Origin: Lingula anatina
Taxonomy: Eukaryota > Animalia > Brachiopoda
Assembly (NCBI GenBank): GCA_051362555.1
Contig: CM120640.1
Coordinates: 22,218,851 to 22,282,850, forward strand
DNA length: 64,000 nucleotides
Direction: 5' to 3'
In this document: positions 40,170-53,300 of the stretch, one piece after another
Layout: each line of letters opens with the position of its first letter
Position numbering within the stretch: position 1 is the first letter of the stretch
Notes under the pieces: generated by a model
What the model was told of the DNA's origin: nothing
The model's input: the letters and a program-made list of their open reading frames with translations, nothing else
The model's database searches: none
Position numbers and translations under genes: made by a program

Positions 40170-41042
40170 ATGTTATTTATGCAGACTACTGTATATCTGT
40201 AGTTTATATATAACACATTTCATGTGTTGTTTGTGAAGTACCTGCAAAGTGGGTTGCTTTCAGTAAAATCTATTTGTTACCTTTTATTTTTTTTTTTACT
40301 CTAATTGTTTTTTTTTTCACCAAATTTCAGAGTGCTTATTACAATTGTAGCTTGAAAACTATGGCTTTTTAATCCTGTGCAATAATGTGTGAGCTTAGTC
40401 AAGCTTTCTTTAGTTTGCATTGTTACATCGTTGTATTAAGTGTACAGATTCTATTTTAACTCTTTATTTGGAGATATATTATTTCATCAGATTTTGAGAG
40501 AAAAGTGTTTCCAAACCTCTGATCATAGGTACCAGGGGTTGCATAAGCTTCACTCTTATACAGCTGTTTTAGTGTGTGTATTTCCCTTGGCACCAAGAGC
40601 AGTCATGTCTGAAGCTAACACAGTGTAGAGTACATTCTCAGCTTTCAGTGATTAAGATACTGAAGATGCATTGGCATGGCTGTAAAGAGATATGCAATTT
40701 TAAAGTCTATGTCCTAGCTTCTGCACCTTCAGTTTTTTTAGTCAAGCATAGGACATTTTGCACGACTCCAGTGTAAACTCCTGTAAAACGAACAAATGTA
40801 AGATCTGTATTTTGGTAGTGCTTTTGATGGAAGAACTAATTTTTGAGATAGCAGTGTCATCATTGTCATTATTGTGTTCTTTTCTGGCACTCGGCTTGGA
40901 TTTCAGTTTTAAAAGGAACACCAGGTTGTTGAAACAGTTTATTTGTACTTCAGGTTTTTACATTAAAACTTGAATAATATTTGAAATATTTTAAAAACAA
41001 TGTTTAAATTTAGATTTAATTAAACTATGTGCAATGTCATTC

Positions 41043-41121
41043 AATAAAATTTCTAAGACTGTTAACAATATTTTCAATAAACATTTAATAAGGCTTTTAC
41101 CTTGACGCTTGGAATGAATAA
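41043..41121 (+). terminator. Cluster of candidate poly(A) signals of the ankyrin/SOCS gene
   Basis: Three AATAAA hexamers (41043, 41076, 41116) about 0.9 kb after the stop codon. Confidence 0.5.
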
Positions 41122-41335
41122 ATTATTTGAATACTTTGCTTCGTGTTCTCCACTACACGCAGGAAGAGTTAATACTGTCACAAAATATGCCCGTAGATAG
41201 CAGGATATTTAAATTATTTGAATCTTTCATTTCTATAAGAATGTAAACAGTTTGCTTATAAACAAAACCTTAAATATTATGTGAATATAGATGATGTACG
41301 TCATGAAATATCAAATTCAAAATTCTTGCCCAATA

Positions 41336-44300
41336 ACCTGATGAAAATCACTCAAAATCACCCAAAAACGACCAGTCACCAATTTTTCCGAAATGTGATG
41401 AAAATCAATCTACCACACCTGTCATTCATAAAAAATGTGGAAACATGCCCGGATCACTTCATTAAAGCCCCCAATTCCAGCTTTAAAGATAGCCAAAAAC
41501 ACAGCTGCAAACAGGAACTGGAGGGGGGGGGGGGTGGCCAGAGTTTTTGCACTTTTTCTTCCTTAATATTGACACAACCACTCTTCCAGTACTTTATACT
41601 TACTACAAATGACTCAACACACCTACCGGTCACTATAATAAAGAAAAAAAATTTCTTCCCTTTTTGGCCAAAATTGAAGAAAACTGCTGTACGCGGACCT
41701 GATGAAAATCACTCAAAATCACCCAAAAACGGCCCATCACCAATTTTTCCGAAATGTGATGAAAATCAATCTACAACACCTGTCATTCATAAAAAATGTG
41801 GAAACACGCCAGGATCACTTCATTAAAGCCCCCAATTCCAGCTTTAAAGATAGCCAAAAACACAGCTGAAAACAGGATCTGGAGGGGGGGGGGGGTGGCC
41901 AGAGTTTTTGCTCTTTTTCTTCCTTAATATTGACACAACCACTCTTCCAGTACTTTATACTTACTACAAATGACCCAACACACCTACCGGTCACTAAAAT
42001 GAAGAAAAAAAAATTTCTTCCCTTTTTGGCCAAAATTGAAGAAATCTGCTGTACGCGGACCTGATGAAAATCACTCAAAATCACCCAAAAACGACCCGTC
42101 ACCAATTTTTCCGAAATGTGATGAAAATCAATCTACCACACCTGTCATTCATAAAAAATGTGGAAACACGCCCGGATCACTTCATTAAAGCCCCCAATTC
42201 CAGCTTTAAAGATAGCCAAAAACACAGCTGAAAACAGGATCTGGAGGGGGGGGGGGTGGCCAGAGTTTTTGCTCTTTTTCTTCCTTAATATTGACACAAC
42301 CACTCTTCCAGTACTTTATACTTACTACAAATGACCCAACACACCTACCGGTCACTAAAATGAAGAAAAAAAATTTCTTCCCTTTTTGGCCAAAATTGAA
42401 GAAATCTGCTGTACGCGGACCTGATGAAAATCACTCAAAATCACCCAAAAACGACCCGTCACCAATTTTTCCGAAATGTGATGAAAATCAATCTACCACA
42501 CCTGTCATTCATAAAAAATGTGGAAACACGCCCGGATCACTTCATTAAAGCCCCCAATTCCAGCTTTAAAGATAGCCAAAAACACAGCTGAAAACAGGAT
42601 CTGGAGGGGGGGGGGGGGGTGGCCAGAGTTTTTGCTCTTTTTCTTCCTTAATATTGACACAACCACTCTTCCAGTACTTTATACTTACTACAAATGACCC
42701 AACACACCTACCGGTCACTAAAATGAAGAAAAAAAAATTTCTTCCCTTTTTGGCCAAAATTGAAGAAATCTGCTGTACGCGGACCTGATGAAAATCACTC
42801 AAAATCACCCAAAAACGACCTGTAACCAATTTTTCGGAAATGTGATGAAAATCAATCTACCACACCTGTCATTCATAAAAAATGTGGAAACACGCCCGGA
42901 TCACTTCATTAAAGCCCCCAATTCCAGCTTTAAAGATAGCCAAAAACACAGCTGAAAACAGGATCTGGAGGGGGGGGGTGGGGGTGGCCAGAGTTTTTGC
43001 TCTTTTTCTTCCTTAATATTGACACAACCACTCTTCCAGTACTTAATACTTACTACAAATGACCCAACACACCTACCGGTCACTAAAATGAAGAAAAAAA
43101 AAATTCTTCCCTTTTTGGCCAAAATTGAAGAAATCTGCTGTACGCGGACCTGATGAAAATCACTCAAAATCACCCAAAAACGACCCGTCACCAATTTTTC
43201 CGAAATGTGATGAAAATCAATCTACCACACCTGTCATTCATAAAAAATGTGGAAACACGCCCGGATCACTTCATTAAAGCCCCCAATTCCAGCTTTAAAG
43301 ATAGCCAAAAACACAGCTGAAAACAGGATCTGGAGGGGGGGGGTGGCCAGAGTTTTTGCTCTTTTTCTTCCTTAATATTGACACAACCACTCTTCCAGTA
43401 CTTTATACTTACTACAAATGACCCAACACACCTACCGGTCACTAAAATGAAGAAAAAAAATTTCTTCCCTTTTTGGCCAAAATTGAAGAAATCTGCTGTA
43501 CGCGGACCTGATGAAAATCACTCAAAATCACCCAAAAACGACCCGTCACCAATTTTTGCGAAATGTGATGAAAATCAATCTACCACACCTGTCATTCATA
43601 AAAAATGTGGAAACACGCCCGGATCACTTCATTAAAGCCCCCAATTCCAGCTTTAAAGATAGCCAAAAACACAGCTGAAAACAGGATCTGGAGGGGGGGG
43701 GGGGGGGGGGTGGCCAGAGTTTTTGCTCTTTTTCTTCCTTAATATTGACACAACCACTCTTCCAGTACTTTATACTTACTACAAATGACCCAACACACCT
43801 ACCGGTCACTAAAATGTAGAAAAAAAAATTTCTTCCCTTTTTGGCCAAAATTGAAGAAATCTGCTGTACGCGGACCTGATGAAAATCACTCAAAATCACC
43901 CAAAAACGACCCGTCACCAATTTTTCCGAAATGTGATGAAAATCAATCTACCACACCTGTCATTCATAAAAAATGTGGAAACACGCCCGGATCACTTCAT
44001 TAAAGCCCCCAATTCCAGCTTTAAAGATAGCCAAAAACACAGCTGAAAACAGGATCTGGAGGGGGGGGGGGGGGGTGGCCAGAGTTTTTGCTCTTTTTCT
44101 TCCTTAATATTGACACAACCACTCTTCCAGTACTTTATACTTACTACAAATGACCCAACACACCTACCGGTCACTAAAATGAAGAAAAAAAAATTTCTTC
44201 CCTTTTTGGCCAAAATTGAAGAAATCTGCTGTACGCGGACCTGATGAAAATCACTCAAAATCACCCAAAAACGACCCGTCACCAATTTTTCCGAAATGTG

Positions 44301-47300
44301 ATGAAAATCAATCTACCACACCTGTCATTCATAAAAAATGTGGAAACACGCCCGGATCACTTCATTAAAGCCCCCAATTCCAGCTTTAAAGATAGCCAAA
44401 AACACAGCTGAAAACAGGATCTGGAGGGGGGGGGGGTGGCCAGAGTTTTTGCTCTTTTTCTTCCTTAATATTGACACAACCACTCTTCCAGTACTTTATA
44501 CTTACTACAAATGACCCAACACACCTACCGGTCACTAAAATGAAGAAAAAAAATTTCTTCCCTTTTTGGCCAAAATTGAAGAAATCTGCTGTACGCGGAC
44601 CTGATGAAAATCACTCAAAATCACCCAAAAACGACCCGTCACCAATTTTTCCGAAATGTGATGAAAATCAATCTACCACACCTGTCATTCATAAAAAATG
44701 TGGAAACACGCCCGGATCACTTCATTAAAGCCCCCAATTCCAGCTTTAAAGATAGCCAAAAACACAGCTGAAAACAGGATCTGGAGGGGGGGGGGGGGGT
44801 GGCCAGAGTTTTTGCTCTTTTTCTACCTTAATATTGACACAACCACTCTTTCAGTACTTTATACTTACTACAAATGACCCAACACACCTACCGGTCACTA
44901 AAATGAAGAAAAAAAAATTTCTTCCCTTTTTGGCCAAAATTGAAGAAATCTGCTGTACGCGGACCTGATGAAAATCACTCAAAATCACCCAAAAACGACC
45001 CGTCACCAATTTTTCCGAAATGTGATGAAAATCAATCTACCACACCTGTCATTCATAAAAAATGTGGAAACACGCCCGGATCACTTCATTAAAGCCCCCA
45101 ATTCCAGCTTTAAAGATAGCCAAAAACACAGCTGAAAACAGGATCTGGAGGGGGGGGGGGGGTGGCCAGAGTTTTTGCTCTTTTTCTTCCTTAATATTGA
45201 CACAACCACTCTTCCAGTACTTTATACTTACTACAAATGACCCAACACACCTACCGGTCACTAAAATGAAGAAAAAAAAATTTCTTCCCTTTTTGGCCAA
45301 AATTGAAGAAATCTGCTGTACGCGGACCTGATGAAAATCACTCAAAATCACCCAAAAACGACCCGTCACCAATTTTTCCGAAATGTGATGAAAATCAATC
45401 TACCACACCTGTCATTCATAAAAAATGTGGAAACACGCCAGGATCACTTCATTAAAGCCCCCAATTCCAGCTTTAAAGATAGCCAAAAACACAGCTGAAA
45501 ACAGGATCTGGAGGGGGGGGGGGTGGCCAGAGTTTTTGCTCTTTTTCTTCCTTAATATTGACACAACCACTCTTCCAGTACTTTATACTTACTACAAATG
45601 ACCCAACACACCTACCGGTCACTAAAATGAAGAAAAAAAAATTTCTTCCCTTTTTGGCCAAAATTGAAGAAATCTGCTGTACGCGGACCTGATGAAAATC
45701 ACTCAAAATCACCCAAAAACGACCCGTCACCAATTTTTCCGAAATGTGATGAAAATCAATCTACCACACCTGTCATTCATAAAAAATGTGGAAACACGCC
45801 CGGATCACTTCATTAAAGCCCCCAATTCCAGCTTTAAAGATAGCCAAAAACACAGCTGAAAACAGGATCTGGAGGGGGGGGGGTGGCCAGAGTTTTTGCT
45901 CTTTTTCTTCCTTAATATTGACACAACCACTCTTCCAGTACTTTATACTTACTACAAATGACCCAACACACCTACCGGTCACTAAAATGAAGAAAAAAAA
46001 ATTTCTTCCCTTTTTGGCCAAAATTGAAGAAAACTGCTGTACGCGGACCTGATGAAAATCACTCAAAATCACCCAAAAACGACCCGTCACCAATTTTTCC
46101 GAAATGTGATGAAAATCAATCTACCACACCTGTCATTCATAAAAAATGTGGAAACACGCCCGGATCACTTCATTAAAGCCCCCAATTCCAGCTTTAAAGA
46201 TAGCCAAAAACACAGCTGAAAACAGGATCTGGAGGGGGGGGGGGGTGGCCAGAGTTTTTGCTCTTTTTCTTCCTTAATATTGACACAACCACTCTTCCAG
46301 TACTTTATACTTACTACAAATGACCCAACACACCTACCGGTCACTAAAATGAAGAAAAAAAAATTTCTTCCCTTTTTGGCCAAAATTGAAGAAATCTGCT
46401 GTACGCGGACCTGATGAAAATCACTCAAAATCACCCAAAAACGACCCGTCACCAATTTTTCCGAAATGTGATGAAAATCAATCTACCACACCTGTCATTC
46501 ATAAAAAATGTGGAAACACGCCCGGATCACTTCATTAAAGCCCCCAATTCCAGCTTTAAAGATAGCCAAAAACACAGCTGAAAACAGGATCTGGAGGGGG
46601 GGGGGGGGGGGTGGCCAGAGTTTTTGCTCTTTTTCTTCCTTAATATTGACACAACCACTCTTCCAGTACTTTATACTTACTACAAATGACCCAACACACC
46701 TACCGGTCACTAAAATGAAGAAAAAAAAATTTCTTCCCTTTTTGGCCAAAATTGAAGAAATCTGCTGTACGCGGACCTGATGAAAATCACTCAAAATCAC
46801 CCAAAAACGACCCGTCACCAATTTTTCCGAAATGTGATGAAAATCAATCTACCACACCTGTCATTCATAAAAAATGTGGAAACACGCCCGGATCACTTCA
46901 TTAAAGCCCCCAATTCCAGCTTTAAAGATAGCCAAAAACACAGCTGAAAACAGGATCTGGAGGGGGGGGGGGTGGCCAGAGTTTTTGCTCTTTTTCTTCC
47001 TTTATATTGACACAACCACTCTTCCAGTACTTTATACTTACTACAAATGACCCAACACACCTACCGGTCACTAAAATGAAGAAAAAAAAATTTCTTCCCT
47101 TTTTGGCCAAAATTGAAGAAATCTGCTGTACGCGGACCTGATGAAAATCACTCAAAATCACCCAAAAACGACCCGTCACCAATTTTTCCGAAATGTGATG
47201 AAAATCAATCTACCACACCTGTCATTCATAAAAAATGTGGAAACACGCCCGGATCACTTCATTAAAGCCCCCAATTCCAGCTTTAAAGATAGCCAAAAAC

Positions 47301-50300
47301 ACAGCTGAAAACAGGATCTGGAGGGGGGGGGGTGGCCAGAGTTTTTGCTCTTTTTCTTCCTTAATATTGACACAACCACTCTTCCAGTACTTTATACTTA
47401 CTACAAATGACCCAACACACCTACCGGTCACTAAAATGAAGAAAAAAAAATTTCTTCCCTTTTTGGCCAAAATTGAAGAAATCTGCTGTACGCGGACCTG
47501 ATGAAAATCACTCAAAATCACCCAAAAACGACCCGTCACCAATTTTTCCGAAATGTGATGAAAATCAATCTACCACACCTGTCATTCATAAAAAATGTGG
47601 AAACACGCCCAGATCACTTCATTAAAGCCCCCAATTCCAGCTTTAAAGATAGCCAAAAACACAGCTGAAAACAGGATCTGGAGGGGGTGGGGTGGCCAGA
47701 GTTTTTGTTCTTTTTCTTCCTTAATATTGACACAACCACTCTTCCAGTACTTTATACTTACTACAAATGACCCAACACACCTACCGGTCACTAAAATGAA
47801 GAAAAAAAAATTTCTTCCCTTTTTGGCCAAAATTGAAGAAATCTGCTGTACGCGGACCTGATGAAAATCACTCAAAATCACCCAAAAACGTCACCAATTT
47901 TTCCGAAATGTGATGAAAATCAATCTACCACACCTGTCATTCATAAAAAATGTGGAAACACGCCCGGATCACTTCATTAAAGCCCCCAATTCCAGCTTTA
48001 AAGATAGCCAAAAACACAGCTGAAAACAGGATCTGGAGGGGGGGGGGGGGTGGCCAGAGTTTTTGCTCTTTTTCTTCCTTAATATTGACACAACCACTCT
48101 TCCAGTACTTTATACTTACTACAAATGACCCAACACACCTACCGGTCACTAAAATGAAGAAAAAAAAATTTCTTCCCTTTTTGGCCAAAATTGAAGAAAT
48201 CTGCTGTACGCGGACCTGATGAAAATCACTCAAAATCACCCAAAAACGACCCGTCACCAATTTTTCCGAAATGTGATGAAAATCAATCTACCACACCTGT
48301 CATTCATAAAAAATGTGGAAACACGCCAGGATCACTTCATTAAAGCCCCCAATTCCAGCTTTAAAGATAGCCAAAAACACAGCTGAAAACAGGATCTGGA
48401 GGGGGGGGGGGGGGTGGCCAGAGTTTTTGCTCTTTTTCTTCCTTAATATTGACACAACCACTCTTCCAGTACTTTATACTTACTACAAATGACCCAACAC
48501 ACCTACCGGTCACTAAAATGAAGAAAAAAAAATTTCTTCCCTTTTTGGCCAAAATTGAAGAAATCTGCTGTACGCGGACCTGATGAAAATCACTCAAAAT
48601 CACCCAAAAACGACCCGTCACCAATTTTTCCGAAATGTGATGAAAATCAATCTACCACACCTGTCATTCATAAAAAATGTGGAAACACGCCCGGATCACT
48701 TCATTAAAGCCCCCAATTCCAGCTTTAAAGATAGCCAAAAACACAGCTGAAAACAGGATCTGGAGGGGGGGGGGGTGGCCAGAGTTTTTGCTCTTTTTCT
48801 TCCTTAATATTGACACAACCACTCTTCCAGTACTTTATACTTACTACAAATGACCCAACACACCTACCGGTCACTAAAATGAAGAAAAAAAAATTTCTTC
48901 CCTTTTTGGCCAAAATTGAAGAAAACTGCTGTACGCGGACCTGATGAAAATCACTCAAAATCACCCAAAAACGACCCGTCACCAATTTTTCCGAAATGTG
49001 ATGAAAATCAATCTACCACACCTGTCATTCATAAAAAATGTGGAAACACTCGGATCACTTCATTAAAGCCCCCAATTCCAGCTTTAAAGATAGCCAAAAA
49101 CACAGCTGAAAACAGGATCTGGAGGGGGGGGGGGGGTGGCCAGAGTTTTTGCTCTTTTTCTTCCTTAATATTGACACAACCACTCTTCCAGTACTTTATA
49201 CTTACTACAAATGACCCAACACACCTACCGGTGACTAAAATGAAGAAAAAAAAATTTCTTCCCTTTTTGGCCAAAATTGAAGAAATCTGCTGTACGCGGA
49301 CCTGATGAAAATCACTCAAAATCACCCAAAAACGACCCGTCACCAATTTTTCCGAAATGTGATGAAAATCAATCTACCACACCTGTCATTCATAAAAAAT
49401 GTGGAAACACGCCCGGATCACTTCATTAAAGCCCCCAATTCCAGCTTTAAAGATAGCCAAAAACACAGCTGAAAACAGGATCTGGAGGGGGGGGGGGTGG
49501 CCAGAGTTTTTGCTCTTTTTCTTCCTTAATATTGACACAACCACTCTTCCAGTACTTTATACTTACTACAAATGACCCAACACACCTACCGGTCACTAAA
49601 ATGAAGAAAAAAAAATTTCTTCCCTTTTTGGCCAAAATTGAAGAAATCTGCTGTACGCGGACCTGATGAAAATCACTCAAAATCACCCAAAAACGACCCG
49701 TCACCAATTTTTCCGAAATGTGATGAAAATCAATCTACCACACCTGTCATTCATAAAAAATGTGGAAACACGCCCGGATCACTTCATTAAAGCCCCCAAT
49801 TCCAGCTTTAAAGATAGCCAAAAACACAGCTGAAAACAGGATCTGGAGGGGGGGGGGTGGCCAGAGTTTTTGCTCTTTTTCTTCCTTAATATTGACACAA
49901 CCACTCTTCCAGTACTTTATACTTACTACAAATGACCCAACACACCTACCGGTCACTAAAATGAAGAAAAAAAAATTTCTTCCCTTTTTGGCCAAAATTG
50001 AAGAAATCTGCTGTACGCGGACCTGATGAAAATCACTCAAAATCACCCAAAAACGACCCGTCACCAATTTTTCCGAAATGTGATGAAAATCAATCTACCA
50101 CACCTGTCATTCATAAAAAATGTGGAAACACGCCCGGATCACTTCATTAAAGCCCCCAATTCCAGCTTTAAAGATAGCCAAAAACACAGCTGAAAACAGG
50201 ATCTGGAGGGGGGGGGGGGTGGCCAGAGTTTTTGCTCTTTTTCTTCCTTAATATTGACACAACCACTCTTCCAGTACTTTATACTTACTACAAATGACCC

Positions 50301-53300
50301 TACACACCTACCGGTCACTAAAATGAAGAAAAAAAAATTTCTTCCCTTTTTGGCCAAAATTGAAGAAATCTGCTGTACACGGACCTGATGAAAATCACTC
50401 AAAATCACCCAAAAACGACCCGTCACCAATTTTTCCGAAATGTGATGAAAATCAATCTACCACACCTGTCATTCATAAAAAATGTGGAAACACGCCCGGA
50501 TCACTTCATTAAAGCCCCCAATTCCAGCTTTAAAGATAGCCAAAAACACAGCTGAAAACAGGATCTGGAGGGGGGGGGGGGGTGGCCAGAGTTTTTGCTC
50601 TTTTTCTTCCTTAATATTGACACAACCACTCTTCCAGTACTTTATACTTACTACAAATGACCCAACACACCTACCGGTCACTAAAATGAAGAAAAAAAAA
50701 TTTCTTCCCTTTTTGGCCAAAATTGAAGAAATCTGCTGTACGCGGACCTGATGAAAATCACTCAAAATCACCCAAAAACGACCCGTCACCAATTTTTCCG
50801 AAATGTGATGAAAATCAATCTACCACACCTGTCATTCATAAAAAATGTGGAAACACGCCCGGATCACTTCATTAAAGCCCCCAATTCCAGCTTTAAAGAT
50901 AGCCAAAAACACAGCTGAAAACAGGATCTGGAGGGGGGGGGGGGTGGCCAGAGTTTTTGCTCTTTTTCTTCCTTAATATTGACACAACCACTCTTCCAGT
51001 ACTTTATACTTACTACAAATGACCCAACACACCTACCGGTCACTAAAATGAAGAAAAAAAATTTCTTCCCTTTTTGGCCAAAATTGAAGAAATCTGCTGT
51101 ACGCGGACCTGATGAAAATCACTCAAAATCACCCAAAAACGACCCGTCACCAATTTTTCCGAAATGTGATGAAAATCAATCTACCACACCTGTCATTCAT
51201 AAAAAATGTGGAAACACGCCCGGATCACTTCATTAAAGCCCCCAATTCCAGCTTTAAAGATAGCCAAAAACACAGCTGAAAACAGGATCTGGAGGGGGGG
51301 GGGGTGGCCAGAGTTTTTGCTCTTTTTCTTCCTTAATATTGACACAACCACTCTTCCAGTACTTTATACTTACTACAAATGACCCAACACACCTACCGGT
51401 CACTAAAATGAAGAAAAAAAATTTCTTCCCTTTTTGGCCAAAATTGAAGAAATCTGCTGTACGCGGACCTGATGAAAATCACTCAAAATCACCCAAAAAC
51501 GACCCGTCACCAATTTTTCCGAAATGTGATGAAAATCAATCTACCACACCTGTCATTCATAAAAAATGTGGAAACACGCCCAGATCACTTCATTAAAGCC
51601 CCCAATTCCAGCTTTAAAGATAGCCAAAAACACAGCTGAAAACAGGATCTGGAGGGGGGGGGGGGTGGCCAGAGTTTTTGCTCTTTTTCTTCCTTAATAT
51701 TGACACAACCACTCTTCCAGTACTTTATACTTACTACAAATGACCCAACACACCTACCGGTCACTAAAATGAAGAAAAAAAAAATTTCTTCCCTTTTTGG
51801 CCAAAATTGAAGAAATCTGCTGTACGCGAACCTGATGAAAATCACTCAAAATCACCCAAAAACGACCCGTCACCAATTTTTCCGAAATGTGATGAAAATC
51901 AATCTACCACACCTGTCATTCATAAAAAATGTGGAAACATGCCCGGATCACTTCATTAAAGCCCCCAATTCCAGCTTTAAAGATAGCCAAAAACACAGCT
52001 GAAAACAGGATCTGGAGGGGGGGGGGTGGCCAGAGTTTTTGCTCTTTTTCTTCCTTAATATTGACACAACCACTCTTCCAGTACTTTATAGTTACTACAA
52101 ATGACCCAACACACCTACCGGTCACTAAAATGAAGAAAAAAAATTTCTTCCCTTTTTGGCCAAAATTGAAGAAATCTGCTGTACGCGGACCTGATGAAAA
52201 TCACTCAAAATCACCCAAAAACGACCCGTCACCAATTTTTCCGAAATGTGATGAAAATCAATCTACCACACCTGTCATTCATAAAAAATGTGGAAACACG
52301 CCCGGATCACTTCATTAAAGCCCCCAATTCCAGCTTTAAAGATAGCCAAAAACACAGCTGAAAACAGGATCTGGAGGGGGGGGGGGTGGCCAGAGTTTTT
52401 GCTCTTTTTCTTCCTTAATATTGACACAACCACTCTTCCAGTACTTTATACTTACTACAAATGACCCAACACACCTACCGGTCACTAAAATGAAGAAAAA
52501 AAAATTTCTACCCTTTTTGGCCAAAATTGAAGAAATCTGCTGTACGCGGACCTGATGAAAATCACTCAAAATCACCCAAAAACGACCCGTCACCAATTTT
52601 TCCGAAATGTGATGAAAATCAATCTACCACACCTGTCATTCATAAAAAATGTGGAAACACGCCCGGATCACTTCATTAAAGCCCCCAATTCCAGCTTTAA
52701 AGATAGCCAAAAACACAGCTGAAAACAGGATCTGGAGGGGGGGGGTGGCCAGAGTTTTTGCTCTTTTTCTTCCTTAATATTGACACAACCACTCTTCCAG
52801 TACTTTATACTTACTACAAATGACCCAACACACCTACCGGTCACTAAAATGAAGAAAAAAAAATTTCTTCCCTTTTTGGCCAAAATTGAAGAAATCTGCT
52901 GTACGCGGACCTGATGAAAATCACTCAAAATCACCCAAAAAACGTCACCAATTTTTCCGAAATGTGATGAAAATCAATCTACCACACCTGTCATTCATAA
53001 AAAATGTGGAAACACGCCCGGATCACTTCATTAAAGCCCCCAATTCCAGCTTTAAAGATAGCCAAAAACAGAGCTGAAAACAGGATCTGGAGGGGGGGGG
53101 GGTGGCCAGAGTTTTTGCTCTTTTTCTTCCTTAATATTGACACAACCACTCTTCCAGTACTTTATACTTACTACAAATGACCCAACACACCTACCGGTCA
53201 CTAAAATGAAGAAAAAAAAATTTCTTCCCTTTTTGGCCAAAATTGAAGAAATCTGCTGTACGCGGACCTGATGAAAATCACTCAAAATCACCCAAAAACG

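Noticed and set aside
41756-41869. Tandem box C/D snoRNA genes (GTGATGA ... CTGA in each monomer)
   Set aside because: There is no terminal stem, no clear C'/D' boxes and no recognisable rRNA guide. Such short motifs arise by chance.
42028-42038. Spliced-leader or snRNA gene array (Sm-like AATTTTGG on the - strand)
   Set aside because: There is no convincing donor and stem-loop arrangement upstream and no resemblance to 5S, U snRNA or tRNA sequences that I can recognise.
42094-42116. CENP-B-box-like motif on the - strand (TTTCGGAAAAATTGGTGACGGGT)
   Set aside because: TTCG and CGGG are 6 nt too far apart for the NTTCGNNNNANNCGGGN consensus.
42142-42240. Repeated 99-nt exon on the - strand (C-run + CAG acceptor, CAG|GTGTGG donor)
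   Set aside because: It has stop codons in all three phases.
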